This document shows, piece after piece, positions 10,759 through 20,712 of a stretch of 64,000 nucleotides of DNA. The position numbers and the translations under genes are program-made. Source of the stretch: Thermofilaceae archaeon (lineage in GTDB: Archaea > Thermoproteota > Thermoprotei > Thermofilales > Thermofilaceae). The notes under the pieces were generated by a model. The model worked only from the letters and a program-made list of their open reading frames with translations. It made no database searches and was not told the DNA's origin. Within the stretch, counting starts at the first letter, position 1. Every line of letters starts with the position of its first letter. Location of the stretch: contig JAVYWK010000005.1 of NCBI GenBank assembly GCA_038727095.1, positions 1 through 64,000 on the forward strand, read 5' to 3'.

Positions 10759-11283
10759 GTGCACGCTATGAGCAGCGTTGATACGAGGCTGCTTAAAGCC
10801 AGGCTGGCCGCGGCGGCGAGCTACGCGGTGGTGGCTCTAGGGTTCTACCTGCTCAGCTTGATCATCCCTCCCCTCCTGTCGGGAGTCGGCATCCCGGGGA
10901 TCCCCCCACCCTTCTCAAGCCTTGAACGGCTGTTCTGGGTCTTCCTCTTCCTTCTCTCTCTTGCCTTTGCTGCGACAGCGCTCTACAACTTCATCCGGGC
11001 TGTCGACCCCTTCTTCGCGCTGGTTTCGCGAAGGATCGGTGGCGCAGCTGAACCGGGGAAAAGGATCGTCCGGGATCTCGCTTATGCCCTACTCGCCGTT
11101 TTGATCGCAGCTGCTGTAACACCCTTCACCGAGAGTGTTGATGCTCTCGGCTCAACCCTCAGGGTGGCTATCGGGTTGATGACGCTGGCCGTTCTCGTCA
11201 TCCTGCTGTATGATGCTGCGAGAACCATCTACACCTACGCGAGGGAGAGGATCGAGGGGTTGATAGAGAAGCTGGCAGGGTGA
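10759..11283 (+). CDS. 4-TM membrane protein
   Basis: Four hydrophobic helices; overlaps the transporter start (GTGA). Confidence 0.75.
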   Translation: MHAMSSVDTRLLKARLAAAASYAVVALGFYLLSLIIPPLLSGVGIPGIPPPFSSLERLFWVFLFLLSLAFAATALYNFIRAVDPFFALVSRRIGGAAEPGKRIVRDLAYALLAVLIAAAVTPFTESVDALGSTLRVAIGLMTLAVLVILLYDAARTIYTYARERIEGLIEKLAG

Positions 11284-12551
11284 CGCCGATGGATCCGACG
11301 AAGTACCTCCTAACGTACCTCCTCGTAGTACTGTTAGCGATATCCGAGGTCTTCCCCCTCTCAGTCTCAGCCATGGTGGGGGCGGCACTAGCCGTCTTCT
11401 TCGGAATCTCTGACGGTTTGTTCACATACAAGGAGGCCCTCAGCCTCATTGACTTGGAGCTGATTGCCCTGATAATCTCCGTCATGATCGTCGTGGAGAT
11501 CGTCGACCGCTACGGCACCTTCCGCTACATCGCCCTGAAGGTAACGCGCAGGAGCGCCGAGAAACCCGGCTTGCTGCTCGTGTCCGTAGGGCTGATGAGC
11601 GCACTCACATCGCTCCTCCTGAGCGATGAAGCCGCGATCCTCCTCTTCACGGCGCTCATGGGAGCTCTTGCGAAGCTCAGCGGCCTCGACCTGCTACCCT
11701 TCGCTATCGCGTCCGCGGTGATGGTGAACCTGGGCGGAACAGGGATGCTCACCGGATCGCTCCCAAACATGGTTGTGGGCTTGAGGGCTGGCTTCAACTT
11801 CCTGGAGTTCGCGCTATACATCCTTCCCCTCGAGTTCATACTCTACGGGGTCACCCTCCTCTTTCTCTACTCCTATTACAGCCCAAAGTTAAGGACGCAG
11901 GTATCAGTCGAAAACTTAATGGACGTGCACGTCAGCATCGTGGATGCCATTAAGGGCGCCGTTGTCCTCGCATCGATGATCTCATCGCTCGTTGTGGCCT
12001 CACTGCTGGATCTACCGGTCAGCGGGGCTGCCCTACTCGTTGGCACAGCGGCCCTCGCCGTCTCCGGCTTCGATACCTCAGAGGTGCTAAGGAGGGTGGA
12101 GTGGGATACCGTGTTCTTCGCAGCTGCCTTCACCGCACTGGTTGGAGTTGTCGAGAGAGCTGATGCCATGAGAGGCTTCGTGGAATTCACGCGTGAGCTG
12201 AGCGGGGGCTCGCTTGTTGCCTCAACCCTCTTCATACTCTTCGTTAGCGGCACGCTGGGCCTGTTCGTGCCCAACGTCATCACGGCTCTCTCGTTCATCC
12301 CGCTCGTCGATGGGCTACCGTTCCCAGACAAGAGGGCCCTCTGGGTCGCTCTTGTGGTCGGCTCAAACCTGAGCGGTGTGGGCCTACCGGTGAGCAGCTA
12401 CGTCATCGTCCTGACGCTGGGCGCTTTGAGGAGGGAAGGCTACAAGGTCGACCCGTGGTCCATATCGAAGATCGGAATACCACTGACCGGGATCTGGTTG
12501 CTAGTCTCAACGATCTACTTATTACTTCGCTTTAATCTGCTTGCATGGTGA
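11280..12551 (+). CDS. ArsB/NhaD/SLC13-type ion or anion permease
   Basis: About 11-12 TMs; NLGGTGMLTGSLPN, VEWDTVFF, VGSNLSG motifs. Confidence 0.85.
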   Translation: MTPMDPTKYLLTYLLVVLLAISEVFPLSVSAMVGAALAVFFGISDGLFTYKEALSLIDLELIALIISVMIVVEIVDRYGTFRYIALKVTRRSAEKPGLLLVSVGLMSALTSLLLSDEAAILLFTALMGALAKLSGLDLLPFAIASAVMVNLGGTGMLTGSLPNMVVGLRAGFNFLEFALYILPLEFILYGVTLLFLYSYYSPKLRTQVSVENLMDVHVSIVDAIKGAVVLASMISSLVVASLLDLPVSGAALLVGTAALAVSGFDTSEVLRRVEWDTVFFAAAFTALVGVVERADAMRGFVEFTRELSGGSLVASTLFILFVSGTLGLFVPNVITALSFIPLVDGLPFPDKRALWVALVVGSNLSGVGLPVSSYVIVLTLGALRREGYKVDPWSISKIGIPLTGIWLLVSTIYLLLRFNLLAW

Positions 12552-12555
12552 GAGC

Positions 12556-12807
12556 ATGGAGGATGACACGCTTGAGAGAATGATCATGAAAAGGTTCAGG
12601 AACTTCGAGGAGAAGTGCAGGGAGGAAATTGAATTGGTCGATGAGGCGCTGGGAAGACCCCACATCACGCTCGACATAGCCCTGCCCGCGGGCTGCGAGG
12701 AGTTGAAAGAGATCTTTGAAAAGCTCCCTGAGGATGAAGAGTTCATGAAAGAGCTCGAAAAATTCGTGAGAGATTACGTAAAGAGAAAAATTCAAACAAC
12801 CGGTTAA
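12556..12807 (+). CDS. Small acidic hypothetical protein
   Basis: GGTGAG SD then ATG 12556; directly follows the transporter. Confidence 0.6.
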   Translation: MEDDTLERMIMKRFRNFEEKCREEIELVDEALGRPHITLDIALPAGCEELKEIFEKLPEDEEFMKELEKFVRDYVKRKIQTTG

Positions 12808-12897
12808 TTATCATCGTCAGAGCCAGCCTGTAGTAACCGATTGCTAAAAAGAGAGCTTCCACTGACGCTATAATTCAACAATAAAAAAGGGGTGGAA

Positions 12898-14256
12898 TTA
12901 CTTACCCCTTCCCCCAGCCCTCTTTGTAGCCTCCTCCCTCACTTTCTGAGCGATTTCCCTCGCTTTTTCTACCGTTTCCCGGGCTCGCTGTGGAACTTGG
13001 CGCTCCGTTAGCTTATTAATAATTTCCTCGAGTTTCTGCAGCCTCTTTTCCAGCTTTTCCATTTCCTCTTTCTCCAACCTTATTTGCTTTTCCACCCTCT
13101 CTCGTACCCTGCTTAGGGTTCTGTTCACTAGTTCAGCGATTTTTTCGACAGCCTTTCCGCTCCTCAAGGCTCTGCCTATAGACTCGATGTCCGTCTCGTT
13201 CACCTCTACCCCCCTTCTCGCCATATCTCTGACGAGCCTTTGAGTTCCAAGCCTCGCTAGAGCCGCGTTTGCGAGGCCTAGCAGCTTCTTCGCCTCAGCT
13301 AAGCGGTGGGCGGCCTCGCTCTCGTTGCACGCCTGGGCTAGCTTGCGGCCCTCCTCGACCAGGCTTTTAGCCCGCTCGAGGAGCTGCGCGATCTCGGAAA
13401 CGTTGTACCCGTTTTCAGCCGCTCTTGCGACGAGCTTCTCCAGCTCCTCGATTCTGCGCTCCGCAACATCTAGTGCCGTCATCAGCGGGTAGAACTCGGG
13501 CGTCCACTTGCAGGTTCGGTTCGCCTCCGGGCCCTTAGGAACGGGTGGTTCAACCGGTGCCAGGACGAACCTGCACGCCGCAAACGAAATGTCGAGCTGA
13601 TCTTTGATGAACTCCTGAAGCTCGAGGGCTGCGCCGTAGCTCTGTATCGCCGCGTGAGCGTACCGGAAGGCTGCCGTATAGTCGGCGTTGTTGAGAGACT
13701 CGTTCGCAAGGGCAAGGTACTTGTCGCCTACGGAGGTAAGGTTCAGCACCTGCTGGTAGAGGCTCGCATACTCGGTTTGCGTCACGTTGGCTGCGGCTAA
13801 GATCTCGTTGCGGCAGTGCACGAGGCTGGACAACCTGGAGGCGACTCTAACGAGGTTTTGCGCAGCTACGGATGGCACCGGTCTCGTGGGTGCCGCCTCC
13901 TCGGCGGGCTTCTCCCACCGGATCTCGAATGTCGCTGTAGCGTTTTCACCACCGCCGCTGACGTACACGGTGTAAGAGCCCGCTGGGTAGACGTCGGGTA
14001 GCTCGAGGGTGAGAGTGGCCAGCCCGCTACCGTCGGTGTAAGCTTCCTTCAAGGCCACCACTTCGCCGCCGGGACCGCGAACCTCCACGCCGTACGTCGT
14101 GTTGGCAGCCCCCACGATGATCACTTTGACTACAGCTGTCGCTACGCCGGCCTCGAACTCGTAACTTACAGTGGCTTTCACCGTCAAGGTTTGGGCTGCA
14201 ACAAGAGCTGGTAGCAGCGCAGCAAGCACGAGCACCGGTAGGGTTCTCAGCTTCAT
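12898..14256 (-). CDS. Secreted or surface glycoprotein: signal peptide, Ig-like domain, helical/coiled-coil C-terminus
   Basis: MKLR + hydrophobic + VAA|Q signal; YTDGSG..YPAGSYTVYV beta-sandwich; ten N-x-S/T sequons; T-rich tract after the stop. Confidence 0.75.
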   Translation of the reverse strand: MKLRTLPVLVLAALLPALVAAQTLTVKATVSYEFEAGVATAVVKVIIVGAANTTYGVEVRGPGGEVVALKEAYTDGSGLATLTLELPDVYPAGSYTVYVSGGGENATATFEIRWEKPAEEAAPTRPVPSVAAQNLVRVASRLSSLVHCRNEILAAANVTQTEYASLYQQVLNLTSVGDKYLALANESLNNADYTAAFRYAHAAIQSYGAALELQEFIKDQLDISFAACRFVLAPVEPPVPKGPEANRTCKWTPEFYPLMTALDVAERRIEELEKLVARAAENGYNVSEIAQLLERAKSLVEEGRKLAQACNESEAAHRLAEAKKLLGLANAALARLGTQRLVRDMARRGVEVNETDIESIGRALRSGKAVEKIAELVNRTLSRVRERVEKQIRLEKEEMEKLEKRLQKLEEIINKLTERQVPQRARETVEKAREIAQKVREEATKRAGGRGK

Positions 14257-14349
14257 CGATACTACCTAAAGGGGTGAGGGGTAAAAGGAAAACCCCGGAA
14301 AGGCAGCTGGAATTTGAGGAATGTAGATTCCACCGGAGGGGTAGCCCCT

Positions 14350-15768
14350 TCAACCGCACTTTGCCGCTAGCCTTTTCACGATTATCTTCTGCTCCAGCTC
14401 CCTTAACCCGTACGCTAGTACGAGGGTTTCTCCCGTTTTAGCGAAGCCCGCGTTAAGGCAACGCGACAGGGTCTCCCTCAAACCTTCATCGTAGTCCTGC
14501 GAGGTTACGAGCACTGGGTGGAGGGCCCAGAGAAGGGAGAGCTTTCTCGCCACCCGAGCGTTGGGTGTGCCGACGTAGACCGGGATTGTGGGCCTTTGTG
14601 AAGCGACTTTCACTGCCATCCTTCCTTTCACGCTGTAGGTGACCAGCTTCGCTCCCATGCCCTCAGCCAGCTCGACGACGCCCCTCACGAAACAGTCTTC
14701 CTCGCAGAGCGCTCTCATCCTGGCCTTCGCGGAAAGCTCGTTCAGCTTGCTGTCCACCATCTTCTCCTCGGCGAACCTGATCAACCGGGCTAGCCAGCGT
14801 ACAGTTTCCAGCGGCCTCTTCCCGACGGACGTCTCGTTGGTCAGCATGATGGCGTCAACGCCCTGCTCAACAGCCACGCTCACGTCAACGGCCTCCGCCC
14901 TAGTGGGCGAGTCGCCATCGATCATCGAGGCGAGGAACTGTGTGGCCACGATGACGGGCTTCCCCGCTTTCAGGCACTTTTCGACGATCAGCTTCTGGTA
15001 GTAGGGGACCTCCTCGAGGTTCAGCCGTATGCCAAGATCGCCCCTAGCCACTAGGACGACGTCGCTGACCTCGATGATAGAGTCGAGGTTCCGTAGAGCG
15101 CTCAGAGTCTCTATCTTAGCGATCACCCACGCGTCCGACCCGTAGCTCCTCAGAATCCTCTTGACCTCCTCGACGTCCGAAGCATCCCTGACGTGGCTCA
15201 CACCGATGAAGTCGAAGCCCTCAGCCGCTGCAACCTTCAACGCCAGTAGGTCGCGCTCGTTGATGAGCGGCGCGTCGATATCCTTGCCGCGTAAGGAAAC
15301 GTTCTTGCCCTGCTCGACGAGAGCATCCGTCTGCGATACGCACTCCAGAGCGTCACCTCTCCTGTCCACCACCTTTAGCCGAACCCTGCCGTCGTCGATC
15401 AGCACTTCGTCCCCGACCTCAACGGATTCGAAGAGGCTGGCGAAGGGTACGGGTATAACGGGCAGCTCGCGTCTCTCCCCGCTGGGGGCTATGAGCACCC
15501 TGTCCCCCTGCTTCAGGCGCAGGGGCTCCGCCATCTCGCCCACCCTCACTGAGGGGCCCTTCAGATCACCAATCATGGCGAGGGGCTTCCCCAGCTTCTC
15601 CTCTGCCGCTCTAACGGCTCTCAACCTGCGGATCCAAACCTCTGGATCCCCGTGCGCGAAGTTTGTCCTGAAAGCATCGGCGCCGCTCTCCGCCATTCTC
15701 AAGACGAGGTCTTCGTCTGTGCTGCTCGGGCCCAGTGAAGCGACTATTTTTACGAAGTAGCCACCCAT
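14350..15768 (-). CDS. pyk: Pyruvate kinase
   Basis: KIVASLGPS, RTNFAHG, DLKGP, IAKIET, VARGDLG, VATQ, PTRAE; ATG at 15768 behind a TTTTAAAA TATA. Confidence 0.95.
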   Translation of the reverse strand: MGGYFVKIVASLGPSSTDEDLVLRMAESGADAFRTNFAHGDPEVWIRRLRAVRAAEEKLGKPLAMIGDLKGPSVRVGEMAEPLRLKQGDRVLIAPSGERRELPVIPVPFASLFESVEVGDEVLIDDGRVRLKVVDRRGDALECVSQTDALVEQGKNVSLRGKDIDAPLINERDLLALKVAAAEGFDFIGVSHVRDASDVEEVKRILRSYGSDAWVIAKIETLSALRNLDSIIEVSDVVLVARGDLGIRLNLEEVPYYQKLIVEKCLKAGKPVIVATQFLASMIDGDSPTRAEAVDVSVAVEQGVDAIMLTNETSVGKRPLETVRWLARLIRFAEEKMVDSKLNELSAKARMRALCEEDCFVRGVVELAEGMGAKLVTYSVKGRMAVKVASQRPTIPVYVGTPNARVARKLSLLWALHPVLVTSQDYDEGLRETLSRCLNAGFAKTGETLVLAYGLRELEQKIIVKRLAAKCG

Positions 15769-15802
15769 GTAGCCGGGGCCGCAGCGTGCTTTTAAAAGGT
15801 TT

Positions 15803-16513
15803 TTAGCGTTGAGGAGCCTCCTCCCCGGCGAGCGGTAGAATCTTCTCCCGCACGAAGCTGAGAGCGTCGGCTGGATCCAAGCGGGAGAAGAAGGTGACGA
15901 TGCAGTTCCTCGTAACACCAACCACGAGCCCTTCGTCAGCCTCGAAAACGACGTACCACACGCTCCCCAGCCTCAGGTACTCGCTGTAGAGGCCCGAGCT
16001 GGCCAGCTGGCTCCCGTACAGCGTTAGCTTCCCCACGTCTGGGAGCCTCACGTCCGTGAAGACAACCACCTTAACCGACTGGGGCCTGCCCTCGTAGAGC
16101 CCCCTGAACACCTTCTCGGGAATCAGAGCTTCGAGTACGACGCCCCTCCTCCTACCGGCGGCGATCGCGGCCGAGATCCTCGACGCCACTCTGTTGGCTC
16201 TCGCCTTCCTCGCTGCCACAGTGAGGAAGAGCTTGCCCTTCACCTCGAAGAACCAGAACTCCGTCACCACCGACACGGGGACGCGGAGCTCCTCCCCCCT
16301 GTACCTCAAGCTCGCCAGAAAGCTCTCCTCGAAAACGCCCTTTAACCCTCCCTCCGCGGGCTGAAGATCGGCGACCCTAAACCCCACTTCAACCTCCCTC
16401 CCCTCCAGCTCGACGACCTCAGCGACACCGTAGCCCCTAAGCTTCGCGGCTACCTCGTCGAGCGTCAAGGGCTCTGCCACAACGAAGGACTTGAACGTTA
16501 GAGGCACGCCCAC
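15803..16513 (-). CDS. Hypothetical protein
   Basis: 236-aa ORF with typical codon usage, divergent from lhr. Confidence 0.7.
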   Translation of the reverse strand: MGVPLTFKSFVVAEPLTLDEVAAKLRGYGVAEVVELEGREVEVGFRVADLQPAEGGLKGVFEESFLASLRYRGEELRVPVSVVTEFWFFEVKGKLFLTVAARKARANRVASRISAAIAAGRRRGVVLEALIPEKVFRGLYEGRPQSVKVVVFTDVRLPDVGKLTLYGSQLASSGLYSEYLRLGSVWYVVFEADEGLVVGVTRNCIVTFFSRLDPADALSFVREKILPLAGEEAPQR

Positions 16514-16597
16514 CCGTCGGGGTCATCGTATTATGCTTTGCGCGATCGACGCCCCGGGCGCTTGTGAGGGGTGGTGTTAAAAGGGGCCATCACACTG

Positions 16598-19447
16598 ATG
16601 AGTGAAGTGGGCAGTGTGCTGGAGCTGCTACACCCGATGATCAGGAGGTTGTGGGTGGAGAAAGGCTTCGGTGAACCCACTCCTCCGCAGAGGGAAGCCA
16701 TCCCGCTGGTGCTCTCCGGCGAGAATGTGCTCATCGTGGCTCCGACGGGTAGCGGTAAGACGGAGGCAGCCCTGCTGCCGATCCTTTCGAGGATGCTGGA
16801 GGAGGAGGGGCCGGGGGTCAGGCTGCTCTACATCACTCCCCTGAGAACCCTCAACAGGGACATCCTGGCGAGAGTGGAGTGGTGGGCGCTGAAGCTGGGG
16901 TTCAGGGTGGGGGTGAGGCACGGGGATACGACCCCGGCCGAGCGGAGGGTTCAGTCGCTGACGCCTCCCGACATCCTGATCACGACGCCGGAGTCGCTCC
17001 AGCTCCTCCTCGTTGGTAGGAGGTTGAGGAACCACTTGGCCAACGTTAGGTGGGTGATCGTCGACGAGGTGCACGAGGTCGCGGACAGCAAGAGGGGTGT
17101 TCAGCTGAGCCTCCTGATGGAGCGCGTCAAAAGGGTGGCAGGTAGACTGCAAGTGATTGGGCTTTCAGCCAGCGTCGGCAACCCGGAGGAAGTGGCTAGG
17201 CTGCTCGTCGGCGCCCACGGCTCTTGCAGGGTTGTCGTTGTTCCGGCCCACAAGAGGGTTAGGGTGAGTGTCGAGTGGCCCCACCCGGGTGAGGGTGACG
17301 CGGAGCTCGCCGATAGGATCCTCGCCGCACCAGATGTGGCGGCCCGGCTGAGGTTCGTGCGCGAGCTGGTCGAGTCGAGACGCTCTACGCTGATCTTCAC
17401 GAACACGCGGCCCACAGCCGAGCTGCTCGCGAGCAGGTTCAAGCTCTGGGACGAGAGGATCCCGATCTACGTCCACCACGGCAGCCTCTCGAGAGCTGAG
17501 AGGGTTCGGGTGGAGGAGATGCTGAGGAGGGGTGAGGTGAAGGGCGTCGTGTGCACGTCGTCGATGGAGCTGGGGATCGACATAGGCCACGTGGACCTGG
17601 TGGTGCAGTACAACTCGCCGCGGGAGGTTCGCAGGCTGCTGCAGAGGGTGGGTAGGGCCGGCCACAGCCTGGATCGGGTGAGCGAGGGGGTGGTGGTAGT
17701 GGGCAACAGCGACGACGCCCTCGAGAGCATCGTGCTGAAGAGGAGGATGGAGCAGGGGTTTATCGAGCCCTCAGAGATCCCGAGGAAGCCGTACGACGTT
17801 CTTGCACACGAGCTGGTCGGCCTAGCGATGTCAGAGCCCGTCACGCTGGAGGAGGCCTACCAGCTTGTGAGGGGGGCTGAACCCTACAGGGATCTGGAGA
17901 GGGAGGAGCTGGAGCTGGTTGCGGAGTTCCTCAGGAGCATCGGTTTGATCAGAGTCTACGGCGACCGTTTGAGGCCGGCGGGAAGGCGGTGCTACGACTA
18001 CTTCTACGGCGCTCTCACCACGATACCCGAGGTGGAGCAGTACGTCGTCGTTGAAAGGTCCACGGGCGAGCCGATCGGCGTGCTGGACGACTACTTCGTC
18101 GCCGAGTACTGCGAGATCGGTGCTCGCTTCATCATGGCTGGGAGGCCGTGGGAGGTGGTTGCGCTCACCGAGGAGGTGGTGTACGTCGAGCCGGTCGAGG
18201 ACTTCGAGAGCGCGGTGCCGAGCTGGGTGGGGGAGGAGATCCCCGTCCCCCACGAAGTCGCTCTGGAGGTGGGTAGGATCCGGGGGTTAGCGGCCGAGGA
18301 GGCGGAGAGGGGTGTTCCGCTCGAGGTCTTGGCGCAGAAGCTCGCTGAGAGCTACGGGGTTGACCGCTCGCTGTTCGAGCGCGCTCTGGCACCGGTCTAC
18401 GAGATGGTGCGCCTGGGGCTGCCGGTGCCCAGCGACCGGTTGATCGTTGTGGAAGAGGCCGGGGAGGGGGTGATGGTCGTCCACGCCCACTACGGCAACC
18501 GAGTGAACCGGGCCTTGGGCAAGTACCTCGCCTACAGGCTGGCTCGGAGGCTCGGGCTACCCGCTTACTCGGCGGAGAAGCCCTACAGGATCGTCCTCCG
18601 GTGCGAGAACGTTACAGCGGAGGAGGTGGTGGAGATCCTCCGGGAAACCGACGCGGAGATCTTCCTCCGGTACCTGAGGGCGGCAGTCGAGGAGAGCAGG
18701 GCTTTCAGGTGGAGATTGCAGCAGGTTGCGAGGAGGATGGGCGTTCTGGCTCCCGGCGCGAGGCTCACAAGGGGGGATCTGGAGAGGCTGGTGGGCGCGC
18801 TCAAGGGGACTCCGGCCTACGAGGAGGCGATGAAGGAGGTGCTGCAGAGGGACATGGACGTCGATAGGGCCCTCGCGGTCGTGGCCGCGGTGGGGAGCGG
18901 GGAGATCCGCGTTGTAGCAGTTGGGGGGCCGAGCCCGCTGACGCTCGAGGCTGAGCGGAGCCTGCGAGAGGGGCTGGAGCCTGCGATGCCGGAGAAGAGG
19001 GAGCTCATCTCCTACGCGCTCTTCAAGGTGAAGGTGCTGCAATCCTTCGCCTCCTTCTACTGCACCGAGTGCGGCAGCATCTTTGAACTCCCGATCTCCG
19101 AGCTGGGCGAGGAGGTAGTGTGCCCAAACTGCGGCTCCGGCAGGCTGGCCTTCGACACTGTTCCCGAGGAGGAGATGGCCGCTAGAGTTGAGAGGTGCGC
19201 GAGAAAGGGCGGCTGCAGGAGGCTGACCCTCAGCGCCTCGCTCTTCGAGAGGTACGGAGCAGCGGCAGTTCTAGCCAGGGCGGCGGGGCTCAGCTTCCGG
19301 GAAGTGAAGGAGGTGCTGGCCGGTTTCCACGGCGGGCGTGAACAGCTGCTCAAGCTCCTCTGGGCCAAGCATAGGGAAAAGGTGAGGTCCATGCTCGCAC
19401 GAGCGGCACAGGGTGCTGGCCTCAGGGGCCCGCAGCGACGCCGCTGA
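16598..19447 (+). CDS. lhr: Lhr-family DEAH-box ATP-dependent helicase with C-terminal zinc ribbon
   Basis: PTPPQ, APTGSGKT, DEVH, GLSAS, HHGSLS, ELGIDIG, QRVGRAGH, PSWVGE; CTEC..CPNC. Confidence 0.92.
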   Translation: MSEVGSVLELLHPMIRRLWVEKGFGEPTPPQREAIPLVLSGENVLIVAPTGSGKTEAALLPILSRMLEEEGPGVRLLYITPLRTLNRDILARVEWWALKLGFRVGVRHGDTTPAERRVQSLTPPDILITTPESLQLLLVGRRLRNHLANVRWVIVDEVHEVADSKRGVQLSLLMERVKRVAGRLQVIGLSASVGNPEEVARLLVGAHGSCRVVVVPAHKRVRVSVEWPHPGEGDAELADRILAAPDVAARLRFVRELVESRRSTLIFTNTRPTAELLASRFKLWDERIPIYVHHGSLSRAERVRVEEMLRRGEVKGVVCTSSMELGIDIGHVDLVVQYNSPREVRRLLQRVGRAGHSLDRVSEGVVVVGNSDDALESIVLKRRMEQGFIEPSEIPRKPYDVLAHELVGLAMSEPVTLEEAYQLVRGAEPYRDLEREELELVAEFLRSIGLIRVYGDRLRPAGRRCYDYFYGALTTIPEVEQYVVVERSTGEPIGVLDDYFVAEYCEIGARFIMAGRPWEVVALTEEVVYVEPVEDFESAVPSWVGEEIPVPHEVALEVGRIRGLAAEEAERGVPLEVLAQKLAESYGVDRSLFERALAPVYEMVRLGLPVPSDRLIVVEEAGEGVMVVHAHYGNRVNRALGKYLAYRLARRLGLPAYSAEKPYRIVLRCENVTAEEVVEILRETDAEIFLRYLRAAVEESRAFRWRLQQVARRMGVLAPGARLTRGDLERLVGALKGTPAYEEAMKEVLQRDMDVDRALAVVAAVGSGEIRVVAVGGPSPLTLEAERSLREGLEPAMPEKRELISYALFKVKVLQSFASFYCTECGSIFELPISELGEEVVCPNCGSGRLAFDTVPEEEMAARVERCARKGGCRRLTLSASLFERYGAAAVLARAAGLSFREVKEVLAGFHGGREQLLKLLWAKHREKVRSMLARAAQGAGLRGPQRRR

Positions 19448-19973
19448 AGCCGGCTAGCTTATCCAAGTCCACCTCGACACGGGCCCTCCAACCGATAGAT
19501 ACGGTGTCACCCTCCCCCTCCTCCAGGTAGCCGAGGCGTATGAGCCTCTCGAAGGTGTAGGTGAGCCGGGGCCCCTTAAACTTGGACTTCAGGATGCTCA
19601 GCAGCTCGCTGCGCGGCGCGCTCCCTCCCCTTGCTACGAGGTAGAGGAGGGAGGAGGAGAGCACGGCTAGATCATCGATCCTCCAGCCGCTCGTCTTGGC
19701 CTCCTCGATGCTCGGGGGCTCCTTCAGGACGACTAGGAAGAGAGCCTTCCTGAGGTCCCCCTCAAACTTCAGCTTCCTCCCCTCCTCGTCCACTGCGACC
19801 GCCTCGAGGCCCAGCACCTCGAGGATCGAGTTGAGGGCCTTAACGACCTCCACGTAGTCTTCGCCCAATGCCCTAGCCAGCTCCCACCCTCTAACCCCCG
19901 GCCTAGCCCCGCTCCTGTAGAGGAGGAGCCTGGCTGCACGCTTGAGCTTCGCTGAGGGGACTCTAGCGGGCAT
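19422..19973 (-). CDS. Kite (tandem winged-helix; ScpB/Nse1/Nse3-like) subunit of the SMC-like complex
   Basis: Two wHTH-like halves; C-terminal LIRLGYLE..IGWRARVE resembles the GPRA..E wing of Nse1/Nse3-MAGE; overlaps the kleisin gene. Confidence 0.65.
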   Translation of the reverse strand: MPARVPSAKLKRAARLLLYRSGARPGVRGWELARALGEDYVEVVKALNSILEVLGLEAVAVDEEGRKLKFEGDLRKALFLVVLKEPPSIEEAKTSGWRIDDLAVLSSSLLYLVARGGSAPRSELLSILKSKFKGPRLTYTFERLIRLGYLEEGEGDTVSIGWRARVEVDLDKLAGFSGVAAGP

Positions 19974-20712
19974 CCTCCACCACCCGCTCTAGCGGTATCG
20001 CCAGGGACGAAGCTTCCCCGCCGCCGCTCCTCGTGACGTAGAACTCGTCGGCTAGGGGGTCGTAGACCACAGAGAACTCCCCGCTGCTGGCGAGGAGCGA
20101 GAGAGCGTACGCGTTCAAGTAAGTCTCGTAGCTGCTCCCGCCCCGAACGGCCTCCGCGTAGCTCACCGCTTCCTCAACCTCCAGCAGCCGGTTCAGCCTC
20201 CCCCTCACCCTTTCAACCACCTTCTCTAGCTCAACCTGGGAGAGGATTCCCAGCTCAGCCGCAAGCTCGCGCGTCGCAACCAGCGTCTGCTCCTCCCCAC
20301 CCTCGAAGGCTGCCCTCGGCTTCCTACCGCCCATGTACTCGACGGCCCTCAGGATGTCGGTGAACGTGACCTGCTCCAGCTCGACAATCGGCCTCCACGC
20401 GCCGAGGAGTTGGAGGGCCAGCTCCCTCTCCCCCAGCGCGTGCACCTTCAGCGCGGCCACGAGGCGGCCCAAAGCCACGGCTGAGGCCTCGCTGGCCAGC
20501 CACTCCTCCTGCCTTCTCACGACCTCGGCCAGCCTGTAGATCAGCTCCGCGTCCAGTGGCAGCTCCTCCACCTTGAGCTTCGGTAGGAGTGAAGCCAGCT
20601 CGTCGAGCAGCTCCTTTACCCTAACCCTGAAGGGGTCAGGTGAGGCTCTCAGGGTTTCAACGATCTCCTCCAGGATTTCCCTTAACCTACCCTCAGCTGA
20701 CACGTCCCCCAC
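19963..20712 (-). CDS. Kleisin (ScpA/Nse4-like)
   Basis: N-terminal DPFRVRV..LLDEL..DAELIYRLAEVV (compare ScpA DPWDIDI); C-terminal VSYAEAV..YALSLLASSGEF..EFYV wHTH; overlaps the SMC stop. Confidence 0.65.
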   Translation of the reverse strand: MGDVSAEGRLREILEEIVETLRASPDPFRVRVKELLDELASLLPKLKVEELPLDAELIYRLAEVVRRQEEWLASEASAVALGRLVAALKVHALGERELALQLLGAWRPIVELEQVTFTDILRAVEYMGGRKPRAAFEGGEEQTLVATRELAAELGILSQVELEKVVERVRGRLNRLLEVEEAVSYAEAVRGGSSYETYLNAYALSLLASSGEFSVVYDPLADEFYVTRSGGGEASSLAIPLERVVEDAR

